Below, piece by piece: positions 7,974 through 16,182 of a stretch of 46,537 nucleotides of DNA. Source of the DNA: a virus (lineage: Duplodnaviria; Caudoviricetes). Each line of letters opens with the position of its first letter. Position 1 is the first letter of the stretch. The translations under genes were made by a program, and so were the position numbers. The notes under the pieces were generated by a model that had not been told where the DNA came from, ran no database searches, and saw only the letters and a list, made by a program, of their open reading frames with translations. The stretch spans positions 1 through 46,537 of IMG/VR virus record IMGVR_UViG_3300048865_000027. One strand, given 5' to 3'.

Positions 7974-8914
7974 TCGTCAGCTCCGGCGAACGGGTTGTCG
8001 TCCTGCTCCTGGGAGGCAGGGCCGGCATGTGCCGCGCCCTGCGCCGGTGTACCGGCCTCGCGATGCGGCTCCGGGCAAGTATTCGTTTCGGCATCCTCGG
8101 CGGCAGCCAAGGCCTGAAGCCGCCGTAGCTCATCAGCGCCGACGGCGGTGCGTCCGGCATAGCCGATTTCCTTCCATGCTTTGGCCAGGTCGGCTACACG
8201 CTTGTCAGCAGGGGCTTTGCTCCGCGCGATTTCATCCAGCCTCTTCACCAGCGCGGTACGGTCGATGTCTTCCGGCGGCTGCGGCTTGGCCTGCTGGGCG
8301 AACTCGGCCGCGGTGCGCGGCGTGATGTCGCGCTCGCGCGGCGGGCTGTCCTGCAGTTCGTCGACGGAATAGACGCCCAGCAGCGCGCCAGGCGTATAGG
8401 CCCGGGCCCAGTTCTTCACCTGCAGATAGCCGAGCTGCTGCTTGGGGTTGGTCTTCCAGAGAGGCGAGTTCTTCGTGGTGACGTCGGCCGCGCAAAGCCA
8501 CTCATTCCAGGTGATCTCCTTCTCGCCCTTGATGACCGCGCCGACGCGGCATTCCACGCGCGCGCCTTCGCCCCTGTACTCGTAGTGGAAGCGGCCCTCG
8601 ATGGCGCCGCTGGACTGGACGACGGCATTCACCAGCTGGGCCTCATAGCCCAGCGCGCCGTTCACGATGTGCGTCTTCTGCGCCACCACGAAGGGGTTCA
8701 TGTTCCACTGCATCGATTGCATGATCACGGCCATGCAGTCGGAGGCGTTGCCCTGCAGGTGCTTGGGCACGGTGGCCCGGCCGGCGGCCATCATTTCCGC
8801 AGCGCGCATCATGCTGTCCATGTTGCGGGTGTCCAGCACCAAACCGCTGGTGCTGGTGTCCGCCGGAGGCAGGTCCAGGGCGGTGGATTGGTCAATGGTG
8901 GTGACTTCAGACAT
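7970..8914 (-). CDS. recT: RecT-family single-strand annealing recombinase
   Basis: VPKHLQG..SDCMAV..QSMQWNMNPF.VAQKT...GYEAQLVNAV; adjacent to the exonuclease. Confidence 0.88.
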   Translation of the reverse strand: MSEVTTIDQSTALDLPPADTSTSGLVLDTRNMDSMMRAAEMMAAGRATVPKHLQGNASDCMAVIMQSMQWNMNPFVVAQKTHIVNGALGYEAQLVNAVVQSSGAIEGRFHYEYRGEGARVECRVGAVIKGEKEITWNEWLCAADVTTKNSPLWKTNPKQQLGYLQVKNWARAYTPGALLGVYSVDELQDSPPRERDITPRTAAEFAQQAKPQPPEDIDRTALVKRLDEIARSKAPADKRVADLAKAWKEIGYAGRTAVGADELRRLQALAAAEDAETNTCPEPHREAGTPAQGAAHAGPASQEQDDNPFAGADE

Positions 8915-8956
8915 GCGTATCTCCTGCCCGAGACTCGGCCGGGCGTATGGGGGTGG

Positions 8957-10162
8957 TCAGGCGGCCAGGTCGGCCATATCGGGATTGGTGAACTTGGCCA
9001 GCCAGGTCAGAACATGGTCCGGCTCGACGTCGTAGTGCTCGGCCAGGACGCGCACGATTTCGGCATTGCCGGGACCGTTCTGAATGAACTGCTCCTGGTC
9101 GCGGCGCGCTGCCTCGGCAAGGCGTTCCTGCTCGGCGCGTTCGGCCTCCAGGCGTGCGGCCTCTTCGCGCTCACGCTCGGCGCGCGCGGCAGCCGCGACG
9201 CGTTCCTGTTCCTCGCGCTCGATCGCGTCCAGGCGCTCCTGCTCGGCCCGGCGCGCGGCTTCCTGCTGCTCTTCGAACTCGCGGCGCTGGCGGGCCAGTT
9301 CTTCCTGTTCGGCGCGCAGCGCGGCCGCGGCTTCCTCTTCTCGCTGACGAGCCTTGGCAGCCTCTGCTTCCGTGGCGGCCCGCAGGGCGGCTTGCTTGGC
9401 GGCCAGCTCGGCACGCTCGGCAGCCATGCGTTCCTCTTCCGCCTTGCGCTCAGCGGCCAGCTTGGCGCGTTCCTCGGCCAGGCGGGCGGCTTCAGCCTCG
9501 CGCTGGGCCTTGGCCGCGGCTTCCTGCTCCTGACGCTGACGTTCCAACTCGGCCCGCTCGGCAGCCAGCCGGGCCTGCTCCTGTTCGTGCGCCAGCGCGG
9601 CGTTGTACAGTTCTTCCAGCTTGGCCGAGGTCTCCGCATACAGGGCCTGGGCTTCGCCGGTCCGGTGGCCGAACAGTTCCAGGGTGATGGGCTCGTCGGC
9701 GAAGGTTTCGCGCATGGCGGCAATCTTGGCCGAACTCAGGCCGGCGGCGGACACGGCATAGTGGCCGATCATCCATATGCGGTCTTGGATCGCCTTCTGC
9801 CGTTCCAGCTCGGCGGCTTCCTTGGCGCGCTTGATCTCTTCGCGCCGTGCCTCTTCGGCCTTGATGACCTCGTCCAGCGGCAGCTCGATCTTGAGCAGCT
9901 CGCCCTCGATGCGCTTGGCCTCGCTGTCGATGCGCTTCGAATACTCCAGCGCCGGCGCCTTCAGGGCCTTGCGGATCTTCTCCAGCTCGTACCGCGGCTC
10001 ACGCACCGCGGCGCGGGCCTTCTTAGCTTCATCGAGGCCGGCGTTGCTCGAGACGTCGTAGTGCACCTTGCCGTACTTCTCGCGCAGTTCGGCCAGGCCG
10101 GCTTCGATCTTGTCGTAGTGCTTGATCTTGGCCGGGGCGTCCAGGATTTCCAGGTCGGACAT
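8957..10162 (-). CDS. Long coiled-coil phage protein
   Basis: Ala/Glu/Arg-rich heptads; start MSDLEIL at 10162. Confidence 0.8.
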   Translation of the reverse strand: MSDLEILDAPAKIKHYDKIEAGLAELREKYGKVHYDVSSNAGLDEAKKARAAVREPRYELEKIRKALKAPALEYSKRIDSEAKRIEGELLKIELPLDEVIKAEEARREEIKRAKEAAELERQKAIQDRIWMIGHYAVSAAGLSSAKIAAMRETFADEPITLELFGHRTGEAQALYAETSAKLEELYNAALAHEQEQARLAAERAELERQRQEQEAAAKAQREAEAARLAEERAKLAAERKAEEERMAAERAELAAKQAALRAATEAEAAKARQREEEAAAALRAEQEELARQRREFEEQQEAARRAEQERLDAIEREEQERVAAAARAEREREEAARLEAERAEQERLAEAARRDQEQFIQNGPGNAEIVRVLAEHYDVEPDHVLTWLAKFTNPDMADLAA

Positions 10163-10191
10163 GGTTCTTTCTCTTCTTCGGATGGAATGCG

Positions 10192-10338
10192 TTATCGGGA
10201 TGCTTGCTGCGCGGCCCGCGCCTGCATGGCTTCGTCGTGCTGCTGGCGGGCGCCGTAGACCCACACGACGCACAGCAGGACGATCACGGTGACGAACGTG
10301 TCGCGGTGGCGGAGGTAGAAGCGGTAGGCGCGTTTCAC
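10192..10338 (-). CDS. Small membrane peptide (48 aa)
   Basis: Translated by hand: MKRAYRFYLRHRDTFVTVIVLLCVVWVYGARQQ...; GTG overlaps the upstream TGA. Confidence 0.55.
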   Translation of the reverse strand: MKRAYRFYLRHRDTFVTVIVLLCVVWVYGARQQHDEAMQARAAQQASR

Positions 10339-10709
10339 CAGTTGCCCCCGTGAGTGTCAGCTTCGCCGAAGCAGCAGGGCCCGCAAAGGCCAGTCGGATG
10401 GACGGTAGGCTTTTGGCCGCACACATCGCATTCGCTTTTCCAGTCGGCATCGCCGTCCTTTAAGCGGGGGCGGCGATGATTCGGCGCCGGCGCGGTGACC
10501 CTTTCGAGGACCCGTACGCAGTCCGTACGGATTGCATCGATTGGTGCCGATGCGGCCAATGCGGCCAACCGCCGACCATCGAGGTCGCCCTTGATGAAGT
10601 CACAGCACTTGCCTTGCTGTTTCCCGACACGCACGCCGCCACCCACCAGCTCGGCGATGAAGTAGCCGTCGTGGGTGAGGACGAGAACATTCTTGATATC
10701 GTTGCTCAT
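10335..10709 (-). CDS. Hypothetical protein with C-terminal zinc-finger (CDVC...CGPC)
   Basis: ATGA coupling to the upstream gene; GGAG RBS. Confidence 0.65.
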   Translation of the reverse strand: MSNDIKNVLVLTHDGYFIAELVGGGVRVGKQQGKCCDFIKGDLDGRRLAALAASAPIDAIRTDCVRVLERVTAPAPNHRRPRLKDGDADWKSECDVCGQKPTVHPTGLCGPCCFGEADTHGGNW

Positions 10710-10957
10710 GCGGCGCTCCATAGATGGGCGAAGGCGTCGGCCACGGCTTCGTCAGCGGACCGCTCGTAGTCGGCCCAGTAGGTGGCGATGCGTGGTGGTT
10801 CCAATTGCTTGACGGTGTGCCATTCGCCGTCTTCGTCCTGCGTCTGCATCGCACCGGAGGCCGGCACGCCGTCGTCGCCGAAGTCATCGAACACGACGCG
10901 CGCGGGGTAGTCGTCGCCGTAGGGTCCGGTTAGGTGGATCGAGTCGTCGACGGTCAT
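10706..10957 (-). CDS. Hypothetical acidic protein
   Basis: 83 aa, ATGA-coupled on both sides. Confidence 0.65.
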   Translation of the reverse strand: MTVDDSIHLTGPYGDDYPARVVFDDFGDDGVPASGAMQTQDEDGEWHTVKQLEPPRIATYWADYERSADEAVADAFAHLWSAA

Positions 10958-11082
10958 TGCTGCGGGCTCCAAGGATCACGGTCGCGGTGCAGGCGCGCGG
11001 CAACATCGCCGGCGCGGCCGATCAGGTACAGGGCGCCCAGGATGGCGGCGCAGATGAGGGTGAGGTAGGCGAGGCCGGCCAT
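10954..11082 (-). CDS. Small membrane peptide (42 aa)
   Basis: Translated by hand: MAGLAYLTLICAAILGALYLIGRAG...; exactly fills the gap between neighbours. Confidence 0.55.
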   Translation of the reverse strand: MAGLAYLTLICAAILGALYLIGRAGDVAARLHRDRDPWSPQQ

Positions 11083-11083
11083 G

Positions 11084-11470
11084 TCAGTTCCGCCCAATCC
11101 AGTCGTGCATGTACTGGGCGTTGTCGACGTCAGGCGCGGGCTGCTCGCGGATCACGACCAGGCGGGCATGCTGCTCGCGCTCGGCGCGGCGGCCCTCCAG
11201 GTAACAGTCGCGGCCGAAGTTGTATTCGCCCACGGTCACCTCCTTGCGTGTGCTCGCGGCCCAGCGCTCGAAGTCCTCGCGCTCCTGGTCGACCTTGCTG
11301 GTCATGGCCGACGGCTTGCCGCGGCGCAGCCCTGCAGCATTGGCGCGGGCCAGCGCCTCGGCCGCCGCTTCATCGGCAACAGGGATCGGCACGCCGCAGG
11401 ACAGCGCGTCGATGCGCAGGTGCACGTAGTGCTTGCCGTTCTCTTGGTAGTAGTGGGCGGTGCGGGTCAT
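11084..11470 (-). CDS. Hypothetical phage protein
   Basis: 128 aa, AAGGAG RBS. Confidence 0.7.
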   Translation of the reverse strand: MTRTAHYYQENGKHYVHLRIDALSCGVPIPVADEAAAEALARANAAGLRRGKPSAMTSKVDQEREDFERWAASTRKEVTVGEYNFGRDCYLEGRRAEREQHARLVVIREQPAPDVDNAQYMHDWIGRN

Positions 11471-11486
11471 CGTGGGCTCCTTTCCG

Positions 11487-11576
11487 CTACCAACCGATCA
11501 GCACCAGGCCGATCACGAAGATCACGGCCAGGCGCGGCAGCCAGTAGCGGAGGTTGGTGCGTATGGCGGGGGACAT
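11487..11576 (-). CDS. Small membrane peptide (29 aa)
   Basis: Translated by hand: MSPAIRTNLRYWLPRLAVIFVIGLVLIGW. Confidence 0.45.
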   Translation of the reverse strand: MSPAIRTNLRYWLPRLAVIFVIGLVLIGW

Positions 11577-11579
11577 GGC

Positions 11580-11912
11580 TCAGGCGGCGCTGCCGCCGTC
11601 CCAGGTTGCGGATTGGAAGTAGCGGCTCATGAGGTACGCGCAGCCGGCTTCTTTGTGCTCGTGCTTCGGCTCGAAGGAACCCATCAGCGCCTTGATATGG
11701 CGCAGGGCCTTGTCGGGATCGACGCCGTCACGTGGGATGACGGAAAGGCCGCTCAAGCCGCTGTAGAACCAGCGGTTGAACATCTCGTTCCATCGGGTGC
11801 CGTTGTGGCGCTTGAACTCGTCCGGGACATCGGCGTAAGCCGGTAGGCCATTCACCGTGCCGAAAGCCATGTCCAGGCCGGTGACGTCGGGAATCAATAC
11901 CTGATCCGCCAT
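11580..11912 (-). CDS. Hypothetical protein, first gene of the PL operon
   Basis: 110 aa, GGAG RBS, directly downstream of PL. Confidence 0.75.
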   Translation of the reverse strand: MADQVLIPDVTGLDMAFGTVNGLPAYADVPDEFKRHNGTRWNEMFNRWFYSGLSGLSVIPRDGVDPDKALRHIKALMGSFEPKHEHKEAGCAYLMSRYFQSATWDGGSAA

Positions 11913-11952
11913 CTCTGTTCTCCAATCGCTGGGTGGTGATGCGATGGAGCGA

Positions 11953-11995
11953 AGATTACCCGCAGGTAATGTTCTGGGCAATACCTTTGGGTAAT
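11953..11995 (-). promoter_or_regulatory. PL promoter with operators OL1/OL2
   Basis: Minus-strand TTGCCC-17-TAATCT; palindromes ATTACCCGCAGGTAAT (11955-11970) and AATACCTTTGGGTAAT (11980-11995). Confidence 0.8.
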
Positions 11996-12014
11996 GTTTT
12001 TTGTAACGGGCATG

Positions 12015-12036
12015 AAAAACCGCCCGGAGGCGGTTT
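12015..12036 (-). terminator. Intrinsic terminator of the cI transcript
   Basis: AAACCGCC-TCCG-GGCGGTTTTT on the minus strand. Confidence 0.75.
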
Positions 12037-12067
12037 GGGGAGCGACGGCTTAAATGCCTCTATCGCA

Positions 12068-12253
12068 TCAATGGCTCAGCGTCTTGTTCACTGTTTGGCC
12101 GCCTTCTACCAGAGCGCCAACACACACGATGGTCACAGCAATGGTGACGGCGGCCAGCACCTTGGATAGCTTGTTTCCGTGAGGCTCGCTGAAGCTGCCA
12201 ACCATACGGGTAAGGATATACGCGCCGATCATTATTCCTATCGCTGGAATCAT
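12068..12253 (-). CDS. Small two-helix membrane protein in the immunity operon
   Basis: 61 aa, two hydrophobic segments, GGAG RBS. Confidence 0.65.
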   Translation of the reverse strand: MIPAIGIMIGAYILTRMVGSFSEPHGNKLSKVLAAVTIAVTIVCVGALVEGGQTVNKTLSH

Positions 12254-12279
12254 CGATTGTCTCCGGTGGCGTGTGAAGC

Positions 12280-12531
12280 TCAGGTGTCGGACATCAGTCC
12301 GATCGTTTCGCCCAGCATTACGTAACAGCCCATCATGAGGGGCTGCGCGGTGTACACGTTCAGGTTGTGACGTTCGTAAGTGACATCGCCGTTGGCGGAA
12401 AGACGAATACTGATATCCGCGACCGGAGGCGGCGGGGGCGGGGGCTCTCGCTGTTGCTCTGGATCCTTGGGCGCCGGCTTTCTTTCAGCCAGATATACCA
12501 CCACGCCGCTTGGCGGGCGCACCGCTTCCAT
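12280..12531 (-). CDS. Hypothetical protein in the immunity operon
   Basis: 83 aa, GGAGGAG RBS, overlaps the cI 3' end. Confidence 0.6.
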   Translation of the reverse strand: MEAVRPPSGVVVYLAERKPAPKDPEQQREPPPPPPPVADISIRLSANGDVTYERHNLNVYTAQPLMMGCYVMLGETIGLMSDT

Positions 12532-13006
12532 GCGAACTCCTCCGTTGGGCAGCCTCGTCGGCAGCCTCCATCGATCTGCGTACGTCGTCCATGGTATTCC
12601 TGGAAGGCTTGATCGCAGTCGCTGGATTTACGGGGAAATCTGCCCGGTTTTTGTCTTTTGAATAACGCGCCAAGGTCCCTGCCACAAAGGCGCTAAGTGT
12701 TCGGTCCAGCGCAGCACGATCCTCCTCATCGAGGGAGTCGTAGTCTTGCTTGGATACGGAGAACGGCCATGCACTATCGGCCTGCTCCTCCAAACCATCC
12801 AACCAGTACGCGGGTTTTCCCAGGGCATCCTCGAACTCGCGCGCGAGGTCCTCGGCCAACATCTTGCGGCCGGTGAAGATCCGCGAGATGTAGTCGGCCT
12901 GGCGCCCAAGCCGGGCCGCTATGGCCGCCTGCTTGCCGCCGAACTGCTCGTGCATCGCCTGGCGAAGGCGATCACGCCGCGTCGCGTAGATCTGTTCCAT
13001 CTTCAT
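12485..13006 (-). CDS. cI: CI-like repressor (XRE HTH, no recognisable S24 peptidase domain)
   Basis: RRDRLRQ...QAAIAARLGRQADYISRIFTGRK...AREFEDALGKPAYWLD; divergent from cro. Confidence 0.85.
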   Translation of the reverse strand: MKMEQIYATRRDRLRQAMHEQFGGKQAAIAARLGRQADYISRIFTGRKMLAEDLAREFEDALGKPAYWLDGLEEQADSAWPFSVSKQDYDSLDEEDRAALDRTLSAFVAGTLARYSKDKNRADFPVNPATAIKPSRNTMDDVRRSMEAADEAAQRRSSHGSGAPAKRRGGISG

Positions 13007-13012
13007 GCCCGC

Positions 13013-13083
13013 ATTGTTCTGCGGTCTTATCTCCAGGTAAATGTCCTCTGGGTATTGATATTTCGATTACCTACAGGTAATCT
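13013..13083. promoter_or_regulatory. OR region: PR, putative PRM and three operators
   Basis: PR TTGATA-17-TAATCT (13055-13083); operators 13066-13081 ATTACCTACAGGTAAT, 13041-13056 and 13026-13041; minus-strand TTTACC-17-AACAAT. Confidence 0.8.
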
Positions 13084-13090
13084 TCGCCCT

Positions 13091-13339
13091 ATGCGAATCG
13101 AACCTCTGCTCCAGTGGCTCAAGGAAACGCCTGCTGAGGTGGCCGAACAGCGCTGCGCCGACTACGGCACATCCGTCGGATACCTGCGGCAGATCGCGTA
13201 TGGCAACAAGCGAGCTGCGCTGAACGGCGCCGACATCGAGAAGATCACCGATGGGCGCTGCACGCGTCAGCACTTGCGACCCGATGACTACTGGCGCATC
13301 TGGCCAGAGCTCGCCCAGAAGGAGCCCACCAATGCGTGA
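13091..13339 (+). CDS. cro: Cro/YdaS-like regulator
   Basis: GTSVGYLRQIAYG...IEKITDGRCTRQHLRPDDYWRIWPEL. Confidence 0.85.
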   Translation: MRIEPLLQWLKETPAEVAEQRCADYGTSVGYLRQIAYGNKRAALNGADIEKITDGRCTRQHLRPDDYWRIWPELAQKEPTNA

Positions 13340-13485
13340 TCCCGACCCGCGCGACGAGCGCATTCCCATCGGTCCCCTGGATGTCTGACGCCATGCCCAG
13401 TTTTTCATTTGCTCTTCCATGCCGCCACTGTGCGCGGCCTCGCGCGCATCCGCACGCACTGTTTTTTCCCCAAGGTTGACCAGTC

Positions 13486-13800
13486 ATGAGCACGCCTACA
13501 CCGATGGGCTTTCTCCCCCAGAAGCCCTCAATGGAGCGCAACTTCCGGCGCTTGCTGTCCGACCCGCACTTGCGCGCCCCGGTCAAGGAGGCGCTGGACT
13601 GGGATGATTCCCAGGTCAGCCGCTTCATGTCCGGCCAGCAGGGAATCCCGATTGACAAGATCGACGCTGCGATCGAGGCCATGGGCATGGTGGTGACGAG
13701 CCGCCAGTACCTGGACTTCCTCGCCTTCGGCAGCCAGATCGGCACTGCGTGCCATTGCGCGCGCGTGGGCATGGGCGAGTGCGGGCCGGACGCCAGGTAG
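13486..13800 (+). CDS. CII-like DNA-binding regulator
   Basis: HTH-like EALDWDDSQVSRFMSG; position immediately after cro. Confidence 0.6.
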   Translation: MSTPTPMGFLPQKPSMERNFRRLLSDPHLRAPVKEALDWDDSQVSRFMSGQQGIPIDKIDAAIEAMGMVVTSRQYLDFLAFGSQIGTACHCARVGMGECGPDAR

Positions 13801-13803
13801 GCC

Positions 13804-14277
13804 ATGGCAAAGATCGCGCTGCGCAAGGACGAGACCGGCCGCCTGGCTGGCCTGACCGAGGCCGACTGCCGCGCGTTCGCACGCTTCAAGCGCAAGCTCG
13901 AAAACCTGCCGTACGGCGCCACGATTTCGTTCGAACATCGCTTCCCCCGTAGCCCCAAGTTTCATCGGCTGCATTTCGCGATGCTGGGCGCCATCTTCGA
14001 CAACCAGGAGCAGTTTGCCAATCAGGAAGATCTGAGGAAGTGGATCGAGGTCGGGGCAGGGCACTGCCAACTGGTGCCGGGGCCTGACGGCAAGCCCGTG
14101 GCGCTGCCGAAGTCGATCGCCTACGACTCGCTGGACGACGCCGAGTTCTACGAGCACCACGTCAAGGTGCTTGCCTTCCTGCGGTCGAAGCGTGCGACGC
14201 GGTTCCTGTGGCCGACGGCGGATGATGTTGCGGCTGGCGCCGCCGTCGACGGCATCCTGGCTGGGTTTGGCGTATGA
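13804..14277 (+). CDS. DUF1367-family protein
   Basis: R..KFHR.HFAML...LRKWI.V.AGHC...PKSIAYDSLDDAEF. Confidence 0.75.
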   Translation: MAKIALRKDETGRLAGLTEADCRAFARFKRKLENLPYGATISFEHRFPRSPKFHRLHFAMLGAIFDNQEQFANQEDLRKWIEVGAGHCQLVPGPDGKPVALPKSIAYDSLDDAEFYEHHVKVLAFLRSKRATRFLWPTADDVAAGAAVDGILAGFGV

Positions 14278-14639
14278 AGGGCCGGAATCCGACCGCCATG
14301 CAGCGGTGCTTCCACAACATGCTTTGCAACCAGGTCGGCTGCATTGCTTGCCACAAAGACGGCTTGCCGAACGATTACGTGTCCGTGCATCACATCGATG
14401 GCCGCACGAAGCCCTCGGCGCATTGGCTGGTCCTGCCGCTGTGCGCCGGCCATCACCAGGACGGCACAGGCGCGCCCGGCATGATCGCTGTCCATCCCTG
14501 GAAGACCCGATTCGAGACCGAATACGGCGCGCAGGAGGACCTGCTGCGCGAGTGCATACACATCCTGCTGGACCGCGGCTTCAGCGTGCCCGAAGGTGCG
14601 CTACGCGCGGCTGGCATATCTCGCCTGGAGGCCGCTTGA
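14274..14639 (+). CDS. ref: Ref-family recombination enhancement nuclease
   Basis: GCIAC...HHIDGRTKP.AH..VLPLC..HH. Confidence 0.8.
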   Translation: MKGRNPTAMQRCFHNMLCNQVGCIACHKDGLPNDYVSVHHIDGRTKPSAHWLVLPLCAGHHQDGTGAPGMIAVHPWKTRFETEYGAQEDLLRECIHILLDRGFSVPEGALRAAGISRLEAA

Positions 14640-15448
14640 GCACCAGGATCATGTCGGCCTGCTGGCCGCTCCGTATGCCGCCATCCCCCAAGGCGGTCCT
14701 GATTTCGCTGGCTGACAACGCTAACGATCATGGCGAGTGCTGGCCGTCCATCCCCACGATATGCGAGCGCACGTGCCTATCCGAACGGACGGTTCACGCC
14801 GCCATCAAGTGGCTGGAGCAGGCCAAGATCGTGACCGCCGACCGGTCCAATGGGCGGCACACCAGGTACGTGTTGACCCCCGAAAAGTTTGCGGAACCCC
14901 CGCAGCAGTTGCACCCCCGCAGCAGTTGCACCCCCGCAAATACCGCAGTCACCCCCGCAGCAGCTGCGGTGGTACCCCCGCAAATACCGCAGTCACCCCC
15001 GCAGCAGCTGCGGTCTAACCATCAAGAACCGTCAAAGGAACCATCAGGAACCGTCAATAAACGCGCGCGCAAGCCGAAACCGGAAAAGGAGGTCCCGTTC
15101 GATGCATCGGCGATCCAGTTGCCGGACTGGCTACCGCGCTCGTCCTGGTCCGACTGGGTTGAACACCGAATCGCCGTCAAGGCGCCGATGACCAAGCGCG
15201 CGGCGGAGATGGCCGTCCGGCACCTGGAGCGCCTGCGGACCGCTGGCAACGATCCGGTGGCCGTGATCGAGCAAAGCGTGCGAAGCGGAAAGTGGACCGA
15301 CCTGTACCCGCTGCGCGACCAGCAGCAGCGCGGGCAGGGTGGTGGCGCGCGGCAACAGCGCGCCGAAGACAACCTGCAGCAGTTCCTGCGGCTGACCGGC
15401 GGCAATCCGCCAGACGACGGCCGCACGATCGACATGGAGGCCGCCTGA
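14636..15448 (+). CDS. Replication initiator (N-terminal winged HTH)
   Basis: KAVLISLADNANDHGECWPSIPTICERTCLSERTV; internal iterons; TTG start overlapping the ref stop. Confidence 0.85.
   Translation: MSTRIMSACWPLRMPPSPKAVLISLADNANDHGECWPSIPTICERTCLSERTVHAAIKWLEQAKIVTADRSNGRHTRYVLTPEKFAEPPQQLHPRSSCTPANTAVTPAAAAVVPPQIPQSPPQQLRSNHQEPSKEPSGTVNKRARKPKPEKEVPFDASAIQLPDWLPRSSWSDWVEHRIAVKAPMTKRAAEMAVRHLERLRTAGNDPVAVIEQSVRSGKWTDLYPLRDQQQRGQGGGARQQRAEDNLQQFLRLTGGNPPDDGRTIDMEAA
14896..15014 (+). repeat. Iterons of the putative replication origin
   Basis: Six ACCCCCGCA cores at 14896, 14913, 14930, 14951, 14974 and 14995. Confidence 0.8.
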
Positions 15449-16182
15449 TGGAATCGAACGACAACCGCACTTTCGCCAAGCTGCTGATCGGCGTGCACGA
15501 GGTCTACGGCCGGCAGGCGCCGTCGGCCGAGGCGCTGGAGGTCTGGTGGCGCATGCTGCGGCCGTATCCGCTGGAAGCCGTCAGCCGTGCGCTGGGCGCA
15601 CACACGCGGACCGAGCCGAAGTTCCCGCCGACGCCGGCGCAGATCCTCGCGTTCCTGGGCAACGGTACCGGCGATGGCCGGCCGGGCGCGGATGAGGCCT
15701 GGGCCACCGCCCTGACGTCGCGGGACGAGGCCGTCACGGTCGTGTGGACCGAAGAAACGGCGCGCGCCTTTGCCGCCTGCCGGCCGGTGCTGGATTCGGG
15801 CGACGAGATCGGCGCGCGGATGGCCTTCCGCCAGACCTATGACCGACTGGTCAGCCAGGCCCGCACGGCTGGCGAGCCGGTGCGGTGGACGGCTTCACTG
15901 GGCTGGGACGAGGCGCAGCGCGAGGCAGTGCTCTTGCGCGCGGAGACGGCCGGCCTGCTGCCCGCGCCATACGTTGCCGCGTTGCTGCCGCCGCCGGCGG
16001 CGGAGGATGCGCCGGACGTCAACGCCCGCGAGCAGATCGCCAAGATCCGGGGCCTGCTCGCCAGTGCCGTCAGCCCGGCCGAACGGCAGCGGCGCGCCGT
16101 GGAGGAAGAGCGTGCTCGCATGGACCAGTTGAAGGCCCAAACCGCAGAGAAAGTGCGCGCCTACGAGGAGGTCCGGGGATGA
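15448..16182 (+). CDS. Putative helicase loader/replication partner
   Basis: Follows the initiator; W..ML..Y....V..AL..H....KFPPTPAQI motif. Confidence 0.6.
   Translation: MESNDNRTFAKLLIGVHEVYGRQAPSAEALEVWWRMLRPYPLEAVSRALGAHTRTEPKFPPTPAQILAFLGNGTGDGRPGADEAWATALTSRDEAVTVVWTEETARAFAACRPVLDSGDEIGARMAFRQTYDRLVSQARTAGEPVRWTASLGWDEAQREAVLLRAETAGLLPAPYVAALLPPPAAEDAPDVNAREQIAKIRGLLASAVSPAERQRRAVEEERARMDQLKAQTAEKVRAYEEVRG

Noticed and set aside
8585-10258. Long + strand ORF (557 aa) and similar long antisense ORFs such as 43-1251, 22392-24629 and 24795-26108
   Set aside because: Shadow frames of well-supported genes in GC-rich DNA, with no RBS or coupling evidence
13332-13388. 18-aa ORF after cro (MRDPDPRDERIPIGPLDV) with an AAGGAG RBS
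   Set aside because: Too short to support without conservation or translation data
13468-13479. CCCAAGGTTGA upstream of the cII-like gene matches the reverse complement of part of the cassette B motif
   Set aside because: An 11-nt match in 46 kb could easily be chance
14896-15014. CRISPR-like repeat array
   Set aside because: No unique spacers and no cas genes; it lies in frame inside the replication initiator, which fits iterons
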